Below the pieces are notes generated by a model. It did not search any database. It was not told the origin of the DNA and saw only the letters and a list, made by a program, of their open reading frames with translations. 64,000 nucleotides of DNA from positions 57,613-121,612 of the forward strand of contig CANQCS010000001.1 in assembly GCA_947589745.1 (NCBI GenBank), in the 5' to 3' direction. This document shows positions 44,352-51,762 of the stretch, piece by piece. The stretch's first letter is position 1. Every line of letters starts with the position of its first letter. Source of the DNA: an uncultured Oscillospiraceae bacterium. Its GTDB lineage: Bacteria > Bacillota > Clostridia > Oscillospirales > Oscillospiraceae. The position numbers were made by a program, and so were the translations under genes.

Positions 44352-45116
44352 TCAGCCCTCGTAGAGCAGCGTGTTCAGGAAGAACGGGATCTGCCGCTCC
44401 CAGCTGGCCTCGCAGTGCTCGCCCCCGGGGACGATGCGGGCGGTGAGCCACACGCCCCGCTCCAGCAGCAGGGACGACACCTGGCCGAACCGCTTCGCTA
44501 TACCGCCGGTGCGGTCCATCTCGCGGGAGCCGTAGTCCATGTACAGCACCGTGCCCCGCTCCAGCGGCGCAGTACGGAGCAGCCGGTCCAGCTCCTCCGG
44601 GGCCACGTAGAAGGAAGGCGACAGGGCCGCCGCCCGGGAGAAGACGCGGTTGTAGGCCGTGACGCCGTACAGGCTCATGAGCCCGCCCATGGAGCTGCCG
44701 GCCAGGAAGGTGTGCCTGCGGTCCGGCAGGGTGGGGTAGTGGCGGTCGATATAGGGCTTGAAGGTGTGGATGAACCACTCCATGGTGTCCCGGCCCCGGC
44801 CCACGAGGGTGCCAAACTCCGGGGCGTGGAACGTAAAGGGCGAATACTCCGAGAGACGGGCGCCGTTGGGGCCGTGGTTACACTCCACGGCGGCCACGAT
44901 GAGGGGCATCTCCGTCTCCTCCAGGTACTCCTTCATGCCCCAGCTCTTGCCGTAGGTGGCGTCGGCGTCGAAGAAGACGTTGTGCCCGTCGAACATATAC
45001 AGCACCGGGAACCGGGCGTCCGGGTCCTTCTCCGCCTGGGCGGGGAGGTAGACATAGGCGTTCCGGACAGCGTCGCCGGTGAGCTTCGGGAGGGTGACCT
45101 CCCATTTGATGACCAA
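44352..45116 (-). CDS. esterase-family alpha/beta hydrolase (PF00756-like)
   Basis: ORF 44352..45125 starts at GTG in the track. I prefer TTG at 45116 because AAGGAG lies 8 nt upstream of it. Nucleophile elbow GSSMGG and FPVLYMFDGHN, typical of putative esterases. Confidence 0.7.
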   Translation of the reverse strand: MVIKWEVTLPKLTGDAVRNAYVYLPAQAEKDPDARFPVLYMFDGHNVFFDADATYGKSWGMKEYLEETEMPLIVAAVECNHGPNGARLSEYSPFTFHAPEFGTLVGRGRDTMEWFIHTFKPYIDRHYPTLPDRRHTFLAGSSMGGLMSLYGVTAYNRVFSRAAALSPSFYVAPEELDRLLRTAPLERGTVLYMDYGSREMDRTGGIAKRFGQVSSLLLERGVWLTARIVPGGEHCEASWERQIPFFLNTLLYEG

Positions 45117-45425
45117 TTGGATCACTCCTTATGATGGATGCGTGCTGCCGCATACGATCCTCATACTTTTTCTTTCAAGAAAACGTACCGGCGTTGAGTA
45201 GTGTAGCACGGCGCGGGGCAAATTGCAAGGGGGAGTGACGCGGCGGCGGGAGAGCTGCTTTTTGGACGGCCCTCTCTTTCCGGCGGATGTGCCGTTATTG
45301 TCTTCCGCCTTTTACCGTTTATTCTCCGGCGGGGCATGGAAAAATTTTTGAAAAAGAGTGTATAACCCGGCGCGGAGCGGGCACAATAAGAGCATACCGC
45401 TTTTGGAAAGGAGGACTTCACGAGT

Positions 45426-45545
45426 ATGAAGAACAACCAGAGCAGCAATCAGAGCAGCAGCAACAGCAACCGGAACCAGAACGGCAGCCAGAATCAGAGC
45501 AGCAGCAATCAGAACCAGAACAACAACAGCAGCAACCAGCGCTGA
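45426..45545 (+). CDS. hypothetical 39-aa N/Q/S-rich peptide
   Basis: AAGGAGG lies 11 nt upstream of the ATG. Translation MKNNQSSNQSSSNSNRNQNGSQNQSSSNQNQNNNSSNQR. Followed by two hairpins (45554-45618). Confidence 0.45.
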   Translation: MKNNQSSNQSSSNSNRNQNGSQNQSSSNQNQNNNSSNQR

Positions 45546-45553
45546 GGATAGAG

Positions 45554-45618
45554 CTGAGGGCCGCCGGCGGTGATGCCGGCGGCCCTCAGGCTGTCAAAAA
45601 AGGCCAGAGGCCTTTTTT
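45554..45618. terminator. tandem hairpins between the convergent small ORF and the purine permease gene
   Basis: CTGAGGGCCGCCGGC-N6-GCCGGCGGCCCTCAG, then AAAAAAGGCC-AGAG-GGCCTTTTTT (bidirectional). Confidence 0.7.
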
Positions 45619-45844
45619 GATAAAAGGATTCGCTGCGCTACGCGCCTCACTTGAGCGCCAAGGGCGCACAAGTTCGACGCACGCTCCGCGCAAAGTGTTT
45701 TTTCCGACGTACACACCGCCGGAAAAAACGATTACATTCTATTTCGCGCCTGCGGGCGCGAAACTCTGCGAGGCTTTTTCACACTGAAAGGCTCCCCGGC
45801 GAACCGGGGAGCCTTCTTTGTATTAGGCGTGGAGACTTGTCAGA

Positions 45845-47185
45845 TCAGAGGTAAGTCAGCGCGAACATAGCCGCAAAGGCCACGGACAGGACATAGATCA
45901 GGACGGGGACTTCCTTGGCCTTGCCCCGGGCAATCTTGATGAGGGAGTAGGAGATAAAGCCAAAGCCGATGCCGTCGCCGATGGAGTAGGCGAAAGGCAT
46001 GATGACGATGGTCAGGAAGCAGGGAATGGCCATCTCCAGGTCGTTCCAGGCGATGTCCGCCGCGCCCTTGAGCATGAACACGCCCACGATGATGAGGGCG
46101 GGAGCGGTGGCGGCGGAGGGGACCATGCCGGCCACGGGGGCGAAGAAGCAGCTCAGCGCGAAGAGGATCGCAACCACCAGGGAGCTGAGACCCGTCCGGG
46201 CGCCCTCGGCGATACCGGTGGAGGACTCCACGAAAGTGGTGACGGTGGAGGTGCCGAAGATGGCGCCGGTGCAGGTGGCGATGGCGTCGGCGATGAGGGC
46301 CCGGTCGCCGCCGGGGAGGTTGCCCCTGCGGTCCAGCATCCCGGCGGAGCGGGCGGTGCCGATGAGGGTGCCCACGGTGTCGAAGCAGTCGCAGATGAAG
46401 AAGGTGATCACCGCTGTGAAGAAGGCGATGAAGCCTCCCTGGACCTCAAAGATACCCTTGAAGGTGAGCTTGCCGAAAGTCTCGCCCAGCACGGAGAAGC
46501 TGACGGGGTCGGGGTTGTACTTGGTCAGCCCCATGGGGACGCCGATGATGGTGGTGATGATGATGCCGATGAAGATGGCGCCCTTGACCTTGTAGCACAG
46601 CAGGATGGCCGTGATGATGAGGCCGATGAGGGCCAGCAGGGCGGGACCGTGGAGGATGTTGCCCATGTCGGAGTAGTCGGTGCTCACCACGTTGCCCAGC
46701 TCGTCATAGCCGTTGCCAAAGAGGGTGACGATATCGGCGTTCAGCATACCGATGAAAGTGATGAAGAGGCCGATACCGGCGGAGATGGCCGCCTTCAAAT
46801 CCGCGGGGATGGAGGCGATGATCTTGCTGCGCAGGGGCGAGAGGGTGACAGCCAGGAACAGGAGGCCGCTGACCAGCACCACCGCCAGGCCCTGCTGCCA
46901 GGTGTACCCCATGCCGAAGCAGAGGGTGTAGGTGAAGAATGCGTTGAGGCCCATGCCGGGGGCCTGTGCGAAGGGGACGTTGGCCAGCATGGCGGTGAGG
47001 AAGCAGCCCAGCGCCGCCGAGAGGCAGGTGGCCAGCATGACGGCGTGCCAGTTCATGCCGGCCTGGCTCAGGTAGTTGGGGTTGACGAAGATGATGTAGG
47101 CCATCGAGAAAAAGGTCACGATGCCTCCCGTGATCTCCGCCCGGAACGAACTGCCGCGCTCCGAGATTTTGAAGAACTTGTCCAT
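45845..47185 (-). CDS. NCS2/AzgA-family purine (guanine/hypoxanthine/adenine) permease
   Basis: ORF trimmed to ATG 47185 (GAGGAGGAGA upstream). MDKFFKISERGSSFRAEITGGIVTFFSMAYIIFVNP closely resembles the PbuG/PbuO N-termini. Confidence 0.85.
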   Translation of the reverse strand: MDKFFKISERGSSFRAEITGGIVTFFSMAYIIFVNPNYLSQAGMNWHAVMLATCLSAALGCFLTAMLANVPFAQAPGMGLNAFFTYTLCFGMGYTWQQGLAVVLVSGLLFLAVTLSPLRSKIIASIPADLKAAISAGIGLFITFIGMLNADIVTLFGNGYDELGNVVSTDYSDMGNILHGPALLALIGLIITAILLCYKVKGAIFIGIIITTIIGVPMGLTKYNPDPVSFSVLGETFGKLTFKGIFEVQGGFIAFFTAVITFFICDCFDTVGTLIGTARSAGMLDRRGNLPGGDRALIADAIATCTGAIFGTSTVTTFVESSTGIAEGARTGLSSLVVAILFALSCFFAPVAGMVPSAATAPALIIVGVFMLKGAADIAWNDLEMAIPCFLTIVIMPFAYSIGDGIGFGFISYSLIKIARGKAKEVPVLIYVLSVAFAAMFALTYL

Positions 47186-47438
47186 ATTTCTCCTCCTCAA
47201 ACGATAACGTAGGGAACGGAACGCTCCCCCTATGATATGCCCATTATACAATGAATTTCTCCAAAAAGGAAGAGCGGTCTGCAAAATCCCTGATTTTTTG
47301 TTGTCCTCTCTAAAAATTTATCAAATTTTTCAGCGATATTCCCACAAATCCCTGCCGGGCACAAAGAAATTGGTCCCCTGTCCCGCGGCGTTTTCGCCCG
47401 CTCCGGACTGTTTTCCGGAAATTGCTGCCATATCCTTC

Positions 47439-47485
47439 TTGACAACGAGCACACGGTGTGCTATTCTTTCAGCACATCGTGTGCT
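47439..47485 (+). promoter_or_regulatory. tetR promoter with two 15-bp palindromic operators
   Basis: TTGACA (47439-47444), 17-nt spacer, TATTCT (47462-47467). AGCACACGGTGTGCT (47448-47462) overlaps the spacer and -10. AGCACATCGTGTGCT (47471-47485) lies between the -10 and the RBS. Confidence 0.65.
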
Positions 47486-47501
47486 GAGGAGGCGTAGGCG
47501 T

Positions 47502-48101
47502 ATGGCGGGGGAGGTACCGCTTATCCACGACGAGATGAGCGGGAGGATCATCGAGGAGGCCACCAGGCTGGCACTGCGCGAGGGGGCCGGGGAGGTCTCC
47601 GTGCGGAAGATCATCCGGGCGCTGGGCGTGACGAACCGGGTCTTCTACAACCGTTTCCACAACGTGGAGGAGGTCCTCAGCCTCGTCTATCAGGACATGA
47701 CCGTGCAAATGCGCCAGAGCATCCTGGATCATTTTGACCCGGAGGGCGATTTTTTCGGGCAGATCACGGAGATCGCCGCCGAGACGCTGCGGCTCTCCTA
47801 CCGGCTCAAGCTGGGCATGAATCAGTATGTCTTTACCCAGGACAGCGTCTCCCCAGAGAACTACCTATGGTGGCGGGAGCGCATTCGGGAGTTTATCGAG
47901 CTCGGCAAGAAAAAGGGGCTGGCCAGGCCCAATCTGGACTGCGGCGCCATGAGCTACGCGATCTGGTGCTTCATCCGTGGCTACAACACCGACGCCCTGG
48001 CCCGGGGGATCCCCGAGGAGGAGGCTGTTGACGGCTTTCGCTATTCTTTCGGTGTGCTTCTGGACGGGATGAAGGTTGGAAAAAGCAAAGGCAAAGAATG
48101 A
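47502..48101 (+). CDS. TetR/AcrR-family transcriptional regulator
   Basis: ORF trimmed to ATG 47502 (GAGGAGG upstream). N-terminal HTH RIIEEATRLALREGAGEVSVRKIIRALGVTNRVFYNRF. Confidence 0.85.
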   Translation: MAGEVPLIHDEMSGRIIEEATRLALREGAGEVSVRKIIRALGVTNRVFYNRFHNVEEVLSLVYQDMTVQMRQSILDHFDPEGDFFGQITEIAAETLRLSYRLKLGMNQYVFTQDSVSPENYLWWRERIREFIELGKKKGLARPNLDCGAMSYAIWCFIRGYNTDALARGIPEEEAVDGFRYSFGVLLDGMKVGKSKGKE

Positions 48102-48137
48102 TACGCCGCCGGGCGGCGTATTGTTTTCGATATTTTC

Positions 48138-48152
48138 AGCACACAGTGTGCT
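48138..48152. promoter_or_regulatory. third copy of the AGCACA-N3-TGTGCT operator
   Basis: AGCACACAGTGTGCT, 21 nt upstream of the degV ATG, in the tetR-degV intergenic gap. Confidence 0.6.
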
Positions 48153-48172
48153 ATAACTGTAAGGAGGACATT

Positions 48173-49036
48173 ATGTCAGTCAAAATCATCACCGACTCCG
48201 CGTCGGACATCACACAAAAGCAGGCGGCAGAGCTGAGGATCGAGGTCATCCCTCTGACCACGGTATTCGGCAGCACGGAGTATCTGGACGGGGTGACGCT
48301 CACAAACAGGGAGTTCTTTGAGAAGCTCATCGAGACGGACGAGCTGCCCCACACCAGCCAGCTCACCATGTTCCAGTATGAGGAGGTATTCCGGCGGGCC
48401 GTCTTAGAGGAGGACGACGCCCTGTATATCGCCCTCTCCTCCAAGCTCTCCGGCTCCTGCGGCGGAGCGGTCGCCGCGGCGGCGGAGTTCGGCGGGAAGG
48501 TCACCGTTGTGGACAGCGAAAATGTGTGCATCGGGCAGCAGCTCCTGGTGCTGTACGCCGTGCGGCTCCGGGACCGGGGGCTGGGCACCGCCGAGATCGC
48601 CCGGGAGCTGGAGGCGCGGCGCGGCGATGTCCGGGTGCTGGCGCTGCTGGACACCCTGGAATACCTCAAAAAGGGCGGCCGAATCTCCCCTACGGTGGCC
48701 TTTGCGGGAGAGATCCTGTCCATCAAGCCGGTGGTGGCCGTGGAGAATGGGGAGGTCGTCCTGATCGGCAAGGCCAGGGGATCGAAAAACGGCAACAATC
48801 TGCTGATGCGCTTCGTGGAAAAGAGCGGCGGGATCGATTTTACGATGCCCTACACCCTGGCCTACAGCGGCCTTGACGACACGCTGCTTCGGAAGTACAT
48901 CCGCGACAGCGAGGTGCTGTACAAGGGCCGCACGGAGGAGCTGCCCGTCTGCGCTATCGGCAGCACCATCGGGACCCACGTTGGACCGGGGGCGGTGGCC
49001 GTGGCTTTCTTCGGCGGGGAGGACAGGACGAAATGA
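48173..49036 (+). CDS. DegV-family fatty-acid-binding protein
   Basis: ORF trimmed to ATG 48173 (AAGGAGG upstream). MSVKIITDSASDI... and ...GTHVGPGAVAVAFF are typical DegV termini. Confidence 0.85.
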   Translation: MSVKIITDSASDITQKQAAELRIEVIPLTTVFGSTEYLDGVTLTNREFFEKLIETDELPHTSQLTMFQYEEVFRRAVLEEDDALYIALSSKLSGSCGGAVAAAAEFGGKVTVVDSENVCIGQQLLVLYAVRLRDRGLGTAEIARELEARRGDVRVLALLDTLEYLKKGGRISPTVAFAGEILSIKPVVAVENGEVVLIGKARGSKNGNNLLMRFVEKSGGIDFTMPYTLAYSGLDDTLLRKYIRDSEVLYKGRTEELPVCAIGSTIGTHVGPGAVAVAFFGGEDRTK

Positions 49037-51609
49037 ACACGGTCATTCGGCTGGGATGCCGGACCTATCAGTTCTGCTTCAGGCTGGCCATCCCGGTACT
49101 GCCCTACCGGGACCCGGAGATCGTGAGGAGCGTTCGCGAGGTGCCGGGAAAGCTGACCGCGCGGAAGGTCAAAAGCGTCCTCATCGTCACCGACGCCGGG
49201 GTAAAGAGCGCGGGACTGCTGGAGCCGCTGGAGCGGGCGCTCCAGGGCGCCGGTATCGCGTACAGCGTCTTTGACCGCACCGTGGCCAACCCCACGGTAC
49301 AGAACGTGGAGGAGGCCCGGGCGCTCTATCTGGAGAGGGGCTGTCAGGCCCTCATCGGCTTCGGCGGCGGCTCATCCATCGACTGCGCCAAGGCGGTGGG
49401 GGCCAGGATCGCTCGCCCCCGCAAGCCGGTGAGCAAAATGCGGGGGATCTTGCAGGTCCTGCGTCCCATCCCCTACCTTGTCGCCATCCCCACCACGGCG
49501 GGGACCGGCAGCGAGGTGACCCTGGCCGCCGTGATCACCGACCCCGTCACGGGCCACAAGTTCCCGGTCAACGACTTCCCCCTCATCCCCAAGCTGGCGG
49601 TGCTGGACCCGGAGAACACAAAGAGCCTCCCCAAGCACCTGGTGGCCACCACCGGCATGGATGCCCTGACCCACGCGGTGGAGGCCTACATCGGCGGGTC
49701 CACCACAAAGGGGACCCGCGCCGATGCGCTCGAGGCCGTGAGGCTCATATTTGCGAACCTGGAACAGTCATACACCCAGGGGGACGAGGCGTCCCGGCGC
49801 AATATGCTCACCGCCGCTTTCCTGGCGGGGCGGGCCTTCTCCAAGTCGTATGTGGGCTATATCCACGCTGCGGCCCACTCCCTGGGCGGGGCGTACAACA
49901 TCCCCCACGGGCTGGCCAACGCGGTACTGATGCCCATTGTCCTGGAGTATTACGGCGCGGCGGCCCACAGGAAGCTCCACGAGCTGGCGGTCGCCGCCGG
50001 GATCGCGGCGGCGGACGCGGACGGTGAGGCAGCCGGACGGTTTATTGCCGAGATCAGGGCCATGAACCGGCGTATGGGTATCCCGGAGACGCTGGAGGGG
50101 ATACGGGCGGAAGACGTACCGAGGCTTTCCAGACACGCCGCCCGGGAGGCCAACCCGCTCTACCCAGTGCCGGTGCTGATGGACGCCGCCGAACTTGAAA
50201 AGATTTATTACAAGGTCATGGACAGGGGGGATAACATGGATATTGAGGCGATCCTGGAGAAGCAGCGGGCGTTTTTCGCCTCCGGGGCCACCCTGCCGGT
50301 GGAGTACCGAATCGCCGCGCTCAAACGGCTGCGGGAGGCTGTGAAGCGGCATGAGAAGGATGTCGCCGGCGCGCTGAAAGAGGACCTGGGCAAGAGCGAC
50401 TACGAGGGGTTCATGTGCGAGTCGGGGCTGGCGCTGACGGAGATCACCTGGATGATCGGCCATGCCCGCTCCCTGAGCCGGGAGAAGACTGTCGCCACGC
50501 CTCTGGCGCAGTTTGCCTCCCGAAGCTATGTAAAGCCGGTGCCCTATGGGAACGTGCTCATTATGAGCCCCTGGAACTACCCCTTCCTGCTGACCATTGA
50601 TCCCTTGGCCGATGCCATCGCCGCGGGAAATACGGCGGTGCTGAAGCCCAGCGCCTACTCTCCGGCCACCAGCCGCGTGGTGGCGGAGCTGGTCAGCGAG
50701 TGCTTCCCGCCGGAGTACGTTGCCGTGGTCACCGGGGGCCGGAAGGAAAACGCCAAGCTGCTGGAGCAGAAGTTTGACATGGTGTTCTTTACAGGCAGTC
50801 AGGCGGTGGGACGGGAGGTCCTGCGGCACTGCGCCGAACGGCTGACGCCGGCGGTCCTGGAGCTGGGCGGGAAAAGCCCCTGCATCGTGGACGCCACGGC
50901 GGATATCAGGCTGGCGGCAAGGCGCATCGTCTTTGGGAAATATCTGAACTGCGGCCAGACCTGCGTGGCGCCGGATTACATCCTCTGCGACAGGGGCGTC
51001 AAGGACAGACTGGTTAGCGCGATAAAGGCGGAGATCGTCCGGCAGTACGGGGAGGACCCGCTGTCGAACCCCGATTACGGGCGCATTGTGAACAGGAAGC
51101 ACTTTGACAGGCTCCTCGGCCTCATCGAGCCTGAAAAAGTCGTCCACGGCGGCCAGAGCAGCCCGGACACGCTCCAAATCGCCCCAACGGTCCTGGACAA
51201 CGTCACCTGGGACGACCCCGTGATGGGAGAGGAAATTTTCGGGCCGCTGCTCCCTGTGCTCACCTTCGACAACTTTGGGGACGTATTCTCCCTTCTCCGG
51301 GACCGGCAGAAGCCTCTGGCGCTCTACATTTTCTCAAAGGACAGAGCGCATATCAGCGCCGTCACCGCCCGCATCCCCTGCGGCGGCGGGTGCGTCAACG
51401 ACACGGTGATCCATCTGGCCACCAGCGCCATGCCCTTCGGCGGCATGGGTGAGAGCGGCATGGGCGCTTACCACGGGGTGCGTGGCTTCGAGGCGTTCTC
51501 CCACCGCAAGTCCATCGTGGACAAGAAGACCTGGATCGACCTCCCCATGCGCTACCAGCCCTACGCCCGGAAGCTCTACGGGCCGCTGCTGCGGATATTC
51601 CTGAGATAA
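49033..51609 (+). CDS. fusion protein: N-terminal iron-containing alcohol dehydrogenase plus C-terminal class-3-like aldehyde dehydrogenase
   Basis: 858 aa in one frame with no stop. The Fe-ADH part (GFGGGSSIDCAKAV, PTTAGTGSEVT, metal-binding H residues in HAVEAY / HAAAHSLGG) covers aa 1 to about 395. The ALDH part starts at MDIEAILEKQRAFFASG (internal ATG 50236) and contains ELGGKSP and the catalytic NCGQTCVAPDY. The start overlaps the degV stop (ATGA). Confidence 0.8.
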   Translation: MNTVIRLGCRTYQFCFRLAIPVLPYRDPEIVRSVREVPGKLTARKVKSVLIVTDAGVKSAGLLEPLERALQGAGIAYSVFDRTVANPTVQNVEEARALYLERGCQALIGFGGGSSIDCAKAVGARIARPRKPVSKMRGILQVLRPIPYLVAIPTTAGTGSEVTLAAVITDPVTGHKFPVNDFPLIPKLAVLDPENTKSLPKHLVATTGMDALTHAVEAYIGGSTTKGTRADALEAVRLIFANLEQSYTQGDEASRRNMLTAAFLAGRAFSKSYVGYIHAAAHSLGGAYNIPHGLANAVLMPIVLEYYGAAAHRKLHELAVAAGIAAADADGEAAGRFIAEIRAMNRRMGIPETLEGIRAEDVPRLSRHAAREANPLYPVPVLMDAAELEKIYYKVMDRGDNMDIEAILEKQRAFFASGATLPVEYRIAALKRLREAVKRHEKDVAGALKEDLGKSDYEGFMCESGLALTEITWMIGHARSLSREKTVATPLAQFASRSYVKPVPYGNVLIMSPWNYPFLLTIDPLADAIAAGNTAVLKPSAYSPATSRVVAELVSECFPPEYVAVVTGGRKENAKLLEQKFDMVFFTGSQAVGREVLRHCAERLTPAVLELGGKSPCIVDATADIRLAARRIVFGKYLNCGQTCVAPDYILCDRGVKDRLVSAIKAEIVRQYGEDPLSNPDYGRIVNRKHFDRLLGLIEPEKVVHGGQSSPDTLQIAPTVLDNVTWDDPVMGEEIFGPLLPVLTFDNFGDVFSLLRDRQKPLALYIFSKDRAHISAVTARIPCGGGCVNDTVIHLATSAMPFGGMGESGMGAYHGVRGFEAFSHRKSIVDKKTWIDLPMRYQPYARKLYGPLLRIFLR

Positions 51610-51762
51610 AGGCGGAGTGCGGAACGATACCTCTTCTTTGGGGAAACGTATCAGTCCCTTTCCCCCAAAAAAGCACGGCCTTTTTCCAAATAGGCCGTGC
51701 TTTTTTGACGGAAGTGTGCTATGCTGTGGTCATCAGACTGATTATAGCAAGGAGACTGCTTT

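Noticed and set aside
45426-45545. The N/Q/S-rich peptide as a RiPP (graspetide-type) precursor for the adjacent ATP-grasp enzyme
   Set aside because: The peptide has no Asp/Glu and no Thr, and its only Lys is residue 2, so the omega-ester or omega-amide crosslinks made by graspetide ligases are impossible. The genes are also divergent rather than co-transcribed.
45287-45787. 166-aa E/Q/P-rich ORF from the track
   Set aside because: It starts in the promoter/leader region without an RBS and reads through two strong terminator hairpins. The frame with a consensus RBS is the 39-aa N/Q/S ORF (45426..45545).
47186-47300. Purine riboswitch upstream of the AzgA-type permease
   Set aside because: The minus-strand leader (..TTGTATAATGGGCATATCATAGGGGGAGCGTTCCGTTCCCTACG..) lacks the conserved purine-riboswitch junction and loop sequences (UAUAAUCGCGUGGAUAUGGCACGCAAGUUUCUACCGGGCACCGUAAAUGUCCGACUAUG pattern). 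TGTATAAT is more simply an extended -10 box.
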